Assembly (NCBI GenBank): GCA_040751795.1
Contig: JBFMHR010000001.1
Location: 64,001-128,000 of the forward strand
Length of the DNA stretch: 64,000 bases
Source of the DNA: Thermoplasmatota archaeon
Lineage (GTDB): Archaea; Thermoplasmatota; Thermoplasmata; UBA10834
Direction of reading: 5' to 3'
Made by a program: the position numbers and the translations under genes. The notes under the pieces were generated by a model, which searched no databases, was not told the DNA's origin, and saw only the letters and a program-made list of their open reading frames with translations. Below, piece by piece: positions 29,391 through 38,509 of the stretch. Every line of letters starts with the position of its first letter. Within the stretch, counting starts at the first letter, position 1.

Positions 29391-30578
29391 TCAGTAGAAC
29401 TTCTGCGCCGTCGTGACGACCTCGTCGACCTTGATCTTCCTCTTGCCCAGCTCCTCGAAGAAGGGCTCCGGGTCGACCGTCGCCTCCGCGGGGTACACAC
29501 CTGGATCCTTGATCCTCTTGGTCATCTGCCAGTGGGCGACGATCGCGGGCGGGACGGCCGTGTCCCTGGCCGAGGAGACGCCCCTCGCGGGGTCGTTCCA
29601 GGTGACTATGTAGTAGGTCACCGTCATGGGCATGCCGGCCTTCTTCCCGGCGCAGTCGATCCTGAACATGTCGTACTCGAACTCCTCCTTCGGGGGGGCG
29701 GCCCTGCCCTCGGACACGCCCCTCTGGTACATCGACGTGAGGTAGTCCAGCGGCGACACCTTGCACCCGCCGGCCTCCAGGGGCTTCTCGTCCGCGAAGC
29801 CGAGCGCCCTGAGTGTCAGGAAGGTCGTCATGTCGTGGGTCGGGAAGCCGATCCTGAATGTCACGTTCTTCGCCTTCAGGTACTTGCCCATGGTCGCGGG
29901 CTCGGAGTGCTTGATGAAGTAGGACTTGATCTTGCCGATGGGCTCCGGCATCACGACCTCCTTCTCGCCGCCGAGTATCCTCTGCTTCTCGTACTTGCCG
30001 TTGACCCACTGCACGGACTCCTGCGTGAACTCGTCCAGGACCGTCCTGATGGAGTAGCCTGGCCATCCGGCCTCCTTGACCGGGAGGGTGTTGCCCCACG
30101 AGCAGACGATGTCGATAGCTTCGACCGAGTCGAGCTTCTTCGCCCCGGCGGCACCTGCGATGTTGGTCATGCCCGGGGTGCTGCCCAGGCCTATGGTCGC
30201 GTTGATGCCCGCGTCCTTCCACTTCTTGTGGAGGTCGATCTGCTTGAGGCACGTGTCGAAGAACCCGCCGAGGTCCGTGTACGTCGCCCCGCCCTTGAGG
30301 CAGGCGTCCATGACGCCCAGGTTCGTCTGGTACCACGCGCAGTTGACCACCGCGTCCACCTTCTCGGACTTGATGGTCCTGAGCACCTTGTCGGTGTCGT
30401 GCGCGTCCAGCTCCATCAACTTGACCTTCTTCTCGAGCTTCAGGTCCGTCATGGCCTTCTTCACGTTGCCCATCTTCCTGCTCGATGCGACGATGTCCTT
30501 CACGCCGCACATCTCGACCAGGTCCTGGACCGTGTACGCACCAATCTGCCCCGAAGCTCCTAGCACCAATGCCTTCAC
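29391..30578 (-). CDS. Saccharopine dehydrogenase-like NAD(P)-binding oxidoreductase
   Basis: LGASGQIG, VVNCA, YTDLGG, GLGSTPGMTN, HSEPAT. Confidence 0.87.
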   Translation of the reverse strand: MKALVLGASGQIGAYTVQDLVEMCGVKDIVASSRKMGNVKKAMTDLKLEKKVKLMELDAHDTDKVLRTIKSEKVDAVVNCAWYQTNLGVMDACLKGGATYTDLGGFFDTCLKQIDLHKKWKDAGINATIGLGSTPGMTNIAGAAGAKKLDSVEAIDIVCSWGNTLPVKEAGWPGYSIRTVLDEFTQESVQWVNGKYEKQRILGGEKEVVMPEPIGKIKSYFIKHSEPATMGKYLKAKNVTFRIGFPTHDMTTFLTLRALGFADEKPLEAGGCKVSPLDYLTSMYQRGVSEGRAAPPKEEFEYDMFRIDCAGKKAGMPMTVTYYIVTWNDPARGVSSARDTAVPPAIVAHWQMTKRIKDPGVYPAEATVDPEPFFEELGKRKIKVDEVVTTAQKFY

Positions 30579-30797
30579 GTTTGCACCTCCTTCTTCCCTA
30601 CCTGACTCAACCGAAAAAGGCCTTCGCAGGCCCGTTGGTGACCGTACTCCTCCAATCTACTTAAACCTTGCCGGATGCTCATCGTCCGCGTTCTGAAAAA
30701 CGACGACGAATCCTCGTCAAATCATGCCTTTGCACAGTTATACAAGCGCAATCGTTCAACAAATTGCGAAAAACCGCCGCAGGAGGAGAAGTCGGCA

Positions 30798-31187
30798 TCA
30801 GGGGATCCTCGCCACGGCGTCTATCTCGACGAGGGCGCCCTTTGGCAGATGCAGGCCGCCGACGGTGGTCCTTGCGGGCTTCCACGAAAAGAAGAACCGC
30901 GCATAGACCTCGTTCACGGCCGGGAAGTCGCCCATGTCCCTGAGGTAGACCGAGACCTTCACCACGTCCTCGGGCCCCGCGCCCGCGGCCCTGAGGATTG
31001 CCCCTACGTTCCGGAGCGCCGCGTCAGCCTGGGCGGCCGCGCCGCCCTCCACCACCGATCCCGACCGCGGGTCCATCCCCAGCTGGCCCGATATGAAGAG
31101 CAGGCCATCGCACACGACCGCCTGGGAGTAGGGGCCCACCGGTCTCGGGGCCTCCTCCGATGAGACGGCCGAAGGACCTCCGGGCAT
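30798..31187 (-). CDS. ridA: RidA/YjgF enamine-imine deaminase
   Basis: APRPVGPYSQA, ISGQLG, VVKVSVYL, PART, LVEIDAVA. Confidence 0.92.
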   Translation of the reverse strand: MPGGPSAVSSEEAPRPVGPYSQAVVCDGLLFISGQLGMDPRSGSVVEGGAAAQADAALRNVGAILRAAGAGPEDVVKVSVYLRDMGDFPAVNEVYARFFFSWKPARTTVGGLHLPKGALVEIDAVARIP

Positions 31188-31190
31188 CCG

Positions 31191-32756
31191 TCACCCCCGT
31201 GCCCTGGGGCGCTCGTACACGATCTCCCCGCCGACCACGGTCTTCAGCACCACCGTGCCCGCGAGCGAGCCCGGGTCCGCGAACGGGTCCGACGACAGCA
31301 CGGCCATGTCGGCATGCTTCCCGACCGAGATGGTCCCCTTCGACGCCTCCTCGAAGGAGGCGTAGGCAGCCTCCCTGGTGTATGCCGCCACCGCCTCGTC
31401 CACCGTGACGCGCTGCGCCTCGTGAGGCGCATTCACCGCGGAGACCAGGCCGTACAGCGGCGAGAACGGCATGCAATCGGACCCGAAGACCATCCTCACC
31501 CCCGAGGCCAGGACCTCCTTGAATGGGTTGTTCCTCCTCGCGCGCGCCTCGCCCAGGCGGGCATAGTACATGCCGTTCGTGCCCCCCCATTCGCCGACGA
31601 AGTTGGGCTGCATCGAAGCGATGATCCTCGACCTGCGCATCCTGCGGAGGTGCTGGGGGGACGGGAGCTCGAGGTGCTCGATACGGTGCCTGTGGTCCCT
31701 CCTCTGGGATTCTGCCAGGGCCCCCTCAATCGACGATATCACTGCCTCGATGCCCATGTCCCCGATCGCGTGGACGACGAGCTGGATGTCGGCCTTGTTG
31801 GCCCTCGAGATGACCTCGTCCATCTCGTCCCCGTCCTGCATGAACATCCCGCTGTTCCCTGGGTCGTCGGCATATGGCTCCGACAGCGCCGCGGTCCTCG
31901 CGCCCAGCGCACCGTCGCAGAACAGTTTGACCCCTCCGATCCTGAGGAGGTCCGAGCCGAGCCCCGAGGACAAGGACAAGCGCACCATGGAGTCGAGCTC
32001 CTCCGCCGGCACGTTGAAGGACACCCTGACCCCCAGCTTCCCCGAGCGTTCGGCCGCCTGGTAGACGGCGAGGTGCTCCGCCACGCCGTTGTCCTGGACG
32101 GACGTCACACCCAACGAGTGAGCCCTCTTCGTGGCAAGCGCGAGGGCCTTCGCGTTCTTCGACCTGTCGGGTCGGGTCGCGTCCCTCACGATGTTGACTG
32201 CGGACTCCTTCACGATGCCGGTGAGCCGCCCGCCGGCGCCCGTCTCCACACCAGGGATGTCCGCGTTGAGCCCGAGCTGCTCGATGGCCTTCGAGTTGAC
32301 CGAGCACATGTGCATGCATATCCTGTGCGCCACTGCCGGGTTGTCGGGGCAGCACGAGTCGAGGTCGTCGCGGTTCATGAACCGCGATGTGCCCCACCTG
32401 CTCTCGGACCATCCAGAGCCGATCACCCACTCGCCCGGGGCGACCTTCTTCGCCCCCGCGGCCATCTTCGCCACCGCCGACTCCAGGGACGCTGTCGCCA
32501 TCAGGTCGACGTTCATCATGTTGACGCCCATGTTGACGAAATGGGTGTGGCTGTCGTTGAACCCCGGCACGACGACCTTCCCTCCCAGGTCGTACTTGTC
32601 GCAGCCCCTCGGGGCCGACCCCTTTATCTCGGCGTCGCTCCCCACGGCGATGATCCGTCCACCTGATATGGCCACCGCGCGCGCGATCCCGATCTCCGCG
32701 TCGAGGGTGTACACCTTGCCGTTGTAGAAGACCGCATCGGCCCTTCTCGCCACCAA
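31191..32756 (-). CDS. Amidohydrolase_3 (YtcJ-like) metallohydrolase
   Basis: PGFNDSHTH, KLFCDGALG, HAIGD, RIEH, GSD.P. Confidence 0.92.
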   Translation of the reverse strand: MVARRADAVFYNGKVYTLDAEIGIARAVAISGGRIIAVGSDAEIKGSAPRGCDKYDLGGKVVVPGFNDSHTHFVNMGVNMMNVDLMATASLESAVAKMAAGAKKVAPGEWVIGSGWSESRWGTSRFMNRDDLDSCCPDNPAVAHRICMHMCSVNSKAIEQLGLNADIPGVETGAGGRLTGIVKESAVNIVRDATRPDRSKNAKALALATKRAHSLGVTSVQDNGVAEHLAVYQAAERSGKLGVRVSFNVPAEELDSMVRLSLSSGLGSDLLRIGGVKLFCDGALGARTAALSEPYADDPGNSGMFMQDGDEMDEVISRANKADIQLVVHAIGDMGIEAVISSIEGALAESQRRDHRHRIEHLELPSPQHLRRMRRSRIIASMQPNFVGEWGGTNGMYYARLGEARARRNNPFKEVLASGVRMVFGSDCMPFSPLYGLVSAVNAPHEAQRVTVDEAVAAYTREAAYASFEEASKGTISVGKHADMAVLSSDPFADPGSLAGTVVLKTVVGGEIVYERPRARG

Positions 32757-32821
32757 TGGAATCTACCCCGTCCGCCGGATGGCGTCGCGGATATTAGAAC
32801 TGACTGAATGGCGCGGCAGGC

Positions 32822-33364
32822 TCACTTCGGGCGGAGGATGAGGTCGACGAGGGTGGAGAACGCGTTCTCGACGTTGTATCCGGTCTTGGCCGACGTCAGC
32901 ATCGCTGGCGCCCCCTGCTTCATCGAGAATATCTCCAGGTCCTGCGTCGACACGCGCATGTCGTCCTTGAGGTCGCACTTGTTGCCCAGGAAGACTATAG
33001 GGACCTCGCCCGTGGTCGAAGTCATGGCCTTGACCCAGTACCTCAGCTCGCCGAGGCTCTCCTTGCTCGTGACGTCGCACACCGCGAGCGCACCCTCGGC
33101 GCCGTAGAAGTACGCCTCGCGCAGGACCTCCCTGAAGCTCGGCTGGCCCATGATGTCCCAGACCAGGAGCATGATCTTCAACTTCTCGCCGGTCTTCGGG
33201 TCGGTGTAATCTATCTCCTTCTTCGTCACCTTGGTCCCGATCGTCGCGATGTACTTGTCATCGAATACGTCCATCACGAACCTGCGGATGAGGCTGGTCT
33301 TGCCGACGCCCACATCGCCGACGAGACATATCTTGAGTTTCTTGACCTCGCCACTTTCGACCAA
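32822..33364 (-). CDS. Rab/Ras-like small GTPase
   Basis: G1 GDVGVGKTS, G2 ATIG, G3 WDIMGQ, G4 NKCD, G5 TSAK; TTG start. Confidence 0.92.
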   Translation of the reverse strand: MVESGEVKKLKICLVGDVGVGKTSLIRRFVMDVFDDKYIATIGTKVTKKEIDYTDPKTGEKLKIMLLVWDIMGQPSFREVLREAYFYGAEGALAVCDVTSKESLGELRYWVKAMTSTTGEVPIVFLGNKCDLKDDMRVSTQDLEIFSMKQGAPAMLTSAKTGYNVENAFSTLVDLILRPK

Positions 33365-33570
33365 TGGCCCAACAACTCCTTTGGCTCGTGATGTATCGCA
33401 TAGAGGTCTAAAAAACGTTTGCACATGATGAATGTCGACAGAAAACGTCGAGCCATACTGATACACATCGCGCGATGCGCGCCTCAATCGCACCGATTCG
33501 CTGCATTGTTATCAGAAAATGGAAAATGAAGCAAAGGCAAATAATACTCTAATGTGCTTACATGGTCAGA

Positions 33571-33633
33571 GATGCGTCATGGAAAGAACGCGGGACCCGA
33601 TGCAATCGGGTCCCTGGTTGGGGAAGACGCATC
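33571..33633 (+). promoter_or_regulatory. Nested inverted repeats / hairpin leader upstream of the Lys-rich mini-ORFs
   Basis: GATGCGTC 33571-33578 pairs with GACGCATC 33626-33633, enclosing GGGACCCGAT-GCA-ATCGGGTCCC (33592-33614). Confidence 0.6.
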
Positions 33634-33686
33634 AGGAAACAAGGAAACGTCAGACCCCAGACGAATGAGATAGGAGGAAAACGCAT

Positions 33687-33764
33687 ATGTCCTGCGGAAA
33701 GTGCGGAAAGAAGACCAAGAAGAAGGCAGTGAAGAAGAAGGCAGCGAAGAAGAAGAAGAAGTAA
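33687..33764 (+). CDS. 25-aa Lys-rich peptide (histone H1/protamine-like) with CxxC
   Basis: SD AGGAGG; MSCGKCGKKTKKKAVKKKAAKKKKK. Confidence 0.65.
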   Translation: MSCGKCGKKTKKKAVKKKAAKKKKK

Positions 33765-33802
33765 TTCTTCAGGATTGGAATCTGGAGCTGGAGGTGGATC
33801 CC

Positions 33803-33892
33803 GTGCCTGCCAAGAAGAAGAAATGCAGCAAGCCGAAGAAGGCCGAAGACAGCTGCTGGGGCAAGGAGATCCGGGCCGACAGATCACGTTGA
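33803..33892 (+). CDS. 29-aa basic peptide
   Basis: SD GGAGGTG; GTG start, MPAKKKKCSKPKKAEDSCWGKEIRADRSR. Confidence 0.55.
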   Translation: MPAKKKKCSKPKKAEDSCWGKEIRADRSR

Positions 33893-34050
33893 TTCTGACC
33901 GAATGAGATTCTGGACGGCGCTACAGACCGTTCGAGTCTCATCAAACTTCTTCCATCTTTGCTTCTGCGATCCATCCCGCCGTGGGCACCTCTCAGCCGC
34001 CCCATACGAAACGAATTAAGGGGACCCATCATTCTCCCCTAGGCATCGAC

Positions 34051-35208
34051 ATGGCGCAGGACAGACGGCTGCTGTGGGTGATCAGTTATCACCACGCGTG
34101 CAACGACGGGACCCTCATGGTCCTCGTCGCAGTCCTCCCGATACTCATCCAGGAGATGGACCTCTCGTACTCCGACGTCGGGATACTCGGGCTCGGCCTC
34201 ATCATAACGGTGGTGGTTCAGTACTTCGTGGGCAAGGCCTCCGACAGGCACTTCTCGAGGTACCTCCTCGAGGTCGGGGCCGGGCTCATGGCCCTCTCGT
34301 TCCTCCTCATCCCGCTCGTCTCGGACTTCGTCGGCCTGTTCATAGTCGTGATCGCGATGAGGGTGGGGGCCAGCTTCTACCACCCGATCGGCGTCTCGTG
34401 GATAACCAGGGAGTACCAGGGGCCGTACCTCGACACCTCCCTCGGAATCCAGAGCGGCGTCGGGAACCTTGGCGTGATCACCGCACTGGGCACCTCGGGC
34501 TTCCTCGGCGAGTACCTCGGGTGGAAGGCCCCGTGCATCCTCTGGGCCGCGCTGAACCTGGTCGCCATCGCGCTGGGCGCCTTCATGACGAGAGGGCACG
34601 AGCCGCCCCGCCCTTCCGCAGGGGACAGCGTGAGGATACCGGTGATGTCCACCTTCCGCAAGATAGCCATCATAGCGTTCCCCGTGGCGGTCGGCGGCGC
34701 ATTCTACCAGGTCACGACTTACTTCGGCCCCATCAGCCTCACGCAGGAACACGGCTGGAGCACGGGGGATGCAGACCTCGTCTTCGCCGTATGGATAGGC
34801 GTCGGGATGCTGACCTCATACCTGTTCGGGAGGGTGAGCGGCCGGTTCGGCCGCGCGAACATCCTGAGGTGGGGGTATGCGACCGCCTGCGTCGGCGCGG
34901 TCATCCTGGCATTCGTCGCGGCATGGTACCTCATCGTCCCCACCCTCGTCGTGTTCGGGGCGCTCTTCTTCCTGACGTACCCCGCCCTGTTCGGCCTTGC
35001 GACCCTCTCCACCGAGCCGGCGGAGCGGGGGGCGACGTTCGGCATCCTCTTCGGGTTCCAGCTCGGCGGGGGCGCGGTGGTCGTGGCTGCGTGCGGGGCC
35101 CTGTCAGATGCGTTCCAGGACCCATCGTACTCGTTCCTCGTCATCGCTGGCCTTGCTGCGGCATCCGTCGTCGCGCTCATGGGTAGCGACCTGGGCAGGG
35201 ACGAATGA
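34051..35208 (+). CDS. MFS transporter (Fsr-like)
   Basis: HHACND, GKASDR, FYHPIG, about 12 TM. Confidence 0.88.
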   Translation: MAQDRRLLWVISYHHACNDGTLMVLVAVLPILIQEMDLSYSDVGILGLGLIITVVVQYFVGKASDRHFSRYLLEVGAGLMALSFLLIPLVSDFVGLFIVVIAMRVGASFYHPIGVSWITREYQGPYLDTSLGIQSGVGNLGVITALGTSGFLGEYLGWKAPCILWAALNLVAIALGAFMTRGHEPPRPSAGDSVRIPVMSTFRKIAIIAFPVAVGGAFYQVTTYFGPISLTQEHGWSTGDADLVFAVWIGVGMLTSYLFGRVSGRFGRANILRWGYATACVGAVILAFVAAWYLIVPTLVVFGALFFLTYPALFGLATLSTEPAERGATFGILFGFQLGGGAVVVAACGALSDAFQDPSYSFLVIAGLAAASVVALMGSDLGRDE

Positions 35209-35220
35209 CCTGGACAGGTG

Positions 35221-35988
35221 TCACTCCAGCCTGCCTCTTGTGACGACTACCCCCTGCGACGGCTGGATGTCCCTTGAGTGGGGCAGGCCGGGCTCCCCGT
35301 GCTCGAACTCCGAGACCATGGCATAGTACCCCATCCTGTCGCGCCGCACCTTCACCCACAGGACGAGCATCGCGATCGCCACAGCCACGACCCCCGTCAG
35401 ATAGACCATGTCGAATATGTTCGCGCCGCCTATGCTGAGCATTGCGAATTCGCCTGGGGGTGCGTCGAAGGAGAGCATCTCCCCCAGCCTGAGGACGTCG
35501 GCGCCCACGAGAGTCCCCAGGACGCCGGACGTGTAGGCGAGCCGCCCGGCCTTGTTGATGTCCGTCCAGAATACCGACAGGGAGTAGAGGCCTGCTGCGA
35601 TGGCGGGGGCGAACGCCAGCGGCACGTCCGCGACTATGCCCACACCCTCCTCCGCCCGGGTGATCGTGTACGTCAGGTATGCGACGATGGCGATCCCGAT
35701 GAACGTCTCGCTCACGCCGACGCGCTTCCTCAGGATGAAGCCCGCGCAGATGAGAACCGGGATTATCGCTCCCCCGACGCTGAGCCCCACCCACCAACCA
35801 TTGTAGGGGAACACCGGTATCGTGAGCCAGCCGAGGAACAGGGTTCCAGCGAGTATCGCGGAGGCCTCGCCCTCGGTGAAGCCGAGGGTGACGAGTACCT
35901 TCCTTATCGACGCCACGTAGAGGTATGTCAGGAGCAGGACGAAGCCCAGTATGCCGACGACCCAGACGTAGTCGGAGATGTCCGCCAT
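35221..35988 (-). CDS. DUF1614 family membrane protein
   Basis: SVGGAIIP, GVGI, AYTSGVLGTLVGADVL, SIGGA.IFD. Confidence 0.85.
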   Translation of the reverse strand: MADISDYVWVVGILGFVLLLTYLYVASIRKVLVTLGFTEGEASAILAGTLFLGWLTIPVFPYNGWWVGLSVGGAIIPVLICAGFILRKRVGVSETFIGIAIVAYLTYTITRAEEGVGIVADVPLAFAPAIAAGLYSLSVFWTDINKAGRLAYTSGVLGTLVGADVLRLGEMLSFDAPPGEFAMLSIGGANIFDMVYLTGVVAVAIAMLVLWVKVRRDRMGYYAMVSEFEHGEPGLPHSRDIQPSQGVVVTRGRLE

Positions 35989-36061
35989 TTCGTGTGAGTA
36001 ACCGACTGATGGCGATAAATACCCTCTGCCCAGGCGCTTTCAGCGACGCGCGGCCATGGCG

Positions 36062-36505
36062 TCATTGCCCGACAGAGTATGGGTGCACGGATCCGGTCCG
36101 GCACAGCCTGAAGAGGACCTCCTCCAGCACGCGTGGCAGCTCCTCGGACGTGCCGAGGTACACGAGATGGCTGGGGCAGCGGCAGTCAGACGACCCGAAA
36201 CCCTTCGCGATGACGCTGGCGCCGTCCACGTTCATCAGGGCCTTGGCAACGGCGCACTCCATGTCCTTGCCGCCGAAAGGTATGAGCAGGCGTGACACCA
36301 CATCCACCTTCGCGACCAGGTAGTCGATGTGCCACCTCATCGTCTTGTGCTTCGTCACGTGCCTCGATACGCGACGCTCTATCCCCGCCTGGGCGGAGCC
36401 AGCATAGGCATAGCATCCCTGAGGGAAGTCGAACGTCCCCAGGGAGCCGCCCTTCACCCTCGTGTCCCTCGGCAGCTCCATCACGATGACGTATGTGCCC
36501 TTCAT
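36062..36505 (-). CDS. DUF123 / GIY-YIG (Uri) family endonuclease
   Basis: KGTY, YAYAGSA, R..RH, WHIDYL, GFGSSDCRCPSHL. Confidence 0.88.
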   Translation of the reverse strand: MKGTYVIVMELPRDTRVKGGSLGTFDFPQGCYAYAGSAQAGIERRVSRHVTKHKTMRWHIDYLVAKVDVVSRLLIPFGGKDMECAVAKALMNVDGASVIAKGFGSSDCRCPSHLVYLGTSEELPRVLEEVLFRLCRTGSVHPYSVGQ

Positions 36506-36621
36506 CCCGGGAATGGATAGGGCTCCAGACGATTAAAACCACCGCGGCATGACGCGCATCGTCGAAAAGCCATATATCTCTGGAATGCATAGGTGCCAGC
36601 AGCAGATGCCAGGGATGGGAC

Positions 36622-37623
36622 ATGGCTGACGCCTACTCGTTGATATTCGTAGCGCTGGCAGCCGTGGGCTTCCTGGTGCTCAACCAGGGCGCCAAGTTCA
36701 TCACCGACAATGCGGTCGCCGTGTCCAGGAACTTCGGCATCAGCCGGTTCGTCATCGGGATGCTCGTCGTCTCGACACTGGCGGCGATGCCGGAGGTCCT
36801 GGTGTCCATCCTCGCGCTCAAGGAGGGTGCGGACCAGATCGCCCTCGGGAACGGCCTGGCCTCGAACGTGGTGACAATCGCATTCGTGATCGGCCTGACC
36901 GCGATCATCGTACCGCTCAAGGTGACCAGGGAGATGATCATGCGCGACGCCGTGTTCCTCATGACGGTGACCATAGTCGCGTCGGTCCTGCTCCTCGACG
37001 GGCAGCTCGCCTTCCTGGAGGGCATCGCGCTGATGATCCTCTTCGTCCCGTACACCATGAACCTGCTCCTTGTGGAGCGGTCCTCTAACAAGAGGGAGGT
37101 GGAGGAGACCCTGGAGGAGGTGACGATCCAGCTCCAGCTCATGGGGAACATCTTCGGGAGGAGGATAGAGGTCCGGGCCGGCCCGCACTGGCTCGTCTTC
37201 GGCATCCTCTGGACGGTGATGGGTGCGGAGTTCGTCGTGAGGAGCATAATGAGGATGACCGACGACTTCGGCCTCGACCCGTGGCTCGTCGGCATAACCA
37301 TCGCGGCGCTGGGCACGACCCTCCCGGACATCGCGGCCTCCTACCACGCGGCCAAGAGGGGGTTCGGCGACCTGGCCCTCGGGGAGGGCATAGGGGCGAA
37401 CATCGTGACGGTCCTCCTCACCCTGGGCCTGATGGGCATCATCAGGCCCATCGACTTCGACATCTCGAGCGTGCTACCCCTGATAGTCGTCCTGAACCTC
37501 TCGACGGTCCTAGTGCTCGTCTTCATGACCAAGGGCATGAGGATCTCGCAGCTGGGCGGGGTCGTCCTCATGGCCACCTACTTCGGGATGGTCCTCTCGC
37601 TCGTCCTCCTCTCCGTCCTCTGA
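36622..37623 (+). CDS. Ca2+/cation antiporter (CaCA, YrbG-like)
   Basis: Alpha repeats (AAMPE...GN..ASN; GTTLPD...GE.IGAN), about 10 TM. Confidence 0.88.
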   Translation: MADAYSLIFVALAAVGFLVLNQGAKFITDNAVAVSRNFGISRFVIGMLVVSTLAAMPEVLVSILALKEGADQIALGNGLASNVVTIAFVIGLTAIIVPLKVTREMIMRDAVFLMTVTIVASVLLLDGQLAFLEGIALMILFVPYTMNLLLVERSSNKREVEETLEEVTIQLQLMGNIFGRRIEVRAGPHWLVFGILWTVMGAEFVVRSIMRMTDDFGLDPWLVGITIAALGTTLPDIAASYHAAKRGFGDLALGEGIGANIVTVLLTLGLMGIIRPIDFDISSVLPLIVVLNLSTVLVLVFMTKGMRISQLGGVVLMATYFGMVLSLVLLSVL

Positions 37624-37685
37624 CGGCATCATTCAGCTTATGTACTGATTATTCAGTTACCATTGAGAGCGGGCAGGCGGACGCT

Positions 37686-38504
37686 ATGTCGAAGCAGCTC
37701 ATCACTGGTCTCGAGGACGGAGAGGTGTCTGGATACGTCTTCCTCTGCGGGGAGCCGGAGAGGGTGCCGAGGATCGCCTCGATGCTGAAGGAGCCGGCGA
37801 AGGTCAGGCAGGCGAGGGAGTACACGGTCCACCGGGGCTCCCTGGACGGCGCCGAGGTAACGGTCGCATCGACCGGCATCGGCGGACCCTCGACGGCGAT
37901 CCTCGTCGAGGAGCTCGCGAACCTCGGGGCGCACACGTTCATCAGGGTCGGGACGAGCGGGGGCATCGCCGACGGCCTGGAGAAGGGGGACTTCGTCATC
38001 GCCACGGGGGCGATACGGGCCGACGGCACCAGCAGGAGCTACACATGGCCGGAGTTCCCGGCCCTGGCCCACCACGAGGTGACCATGGCGCTCGTGGACA
38101 GCGCCGTCAGGTCCGGCGCAAGGTTCGACGTGGGCGTGTGCTTCTCGGTCGACGGGTTCTACAGCGAGAACAAGGTCCTGAAGGACGGGGGCGTCGCGCC
38201 GATGTCCCAGTCCGGGTACATGCCCTCTTTCCTGGCCGACAGGCTCGCCGACGTCAAGGCGATGGGCGCCAAGAACATCGAGATGGAGAACGGCACCATC
38301 TTCACCCTCAGCACGATCATGGGCCTGCGCGCAGGAGCCGTCTGCACCGTATCGGACGTGGTCCCCTGGCACCCGACCGGGAAGATCATAGACTCGGAGC
38401 AGAACATGGCGGACTGCATCAGGGTCGGCGTCGAGGGCATGCGGACGCTCATGGCGTGGGACAGGAAGAGGGCCGGAAGGCACCTCGCGGTGTCCAGGCT
38501 CTGA
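37686..38504 (+). CDS. udp: Uridine phosphorylase-family nucleoside phosphorylase
   Basis: GEPERV, REY, STGIGGPS, IRVGTSG, IEME. Confidence 0.85.
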   Translation: MSKQLITGLEDGEVSGYVFLCGEPERVPRIASMLKEPAKVRQAREYTVHRGSLDGAEVTVASTGIGGPSTAILVEELANLGAHTFIRVGTSGGIADGLEKGDFVIATGAIRADGTSRSYTWPEFPALAHHEVTMALVDSAVRSGARFDVGVCFSVDGFYSENKVLKDGGVAPMSQSGYMPSFLADRLADVKAMGAKNIEMENGTIFTLSTIMGLRAGAVCTVSDVVPWHPTGKIIDSEQNMADCIRVGVEGMRTLMAWDRKRAGRHLAVSRL

Positions 38505-38509
38505 GCCGC

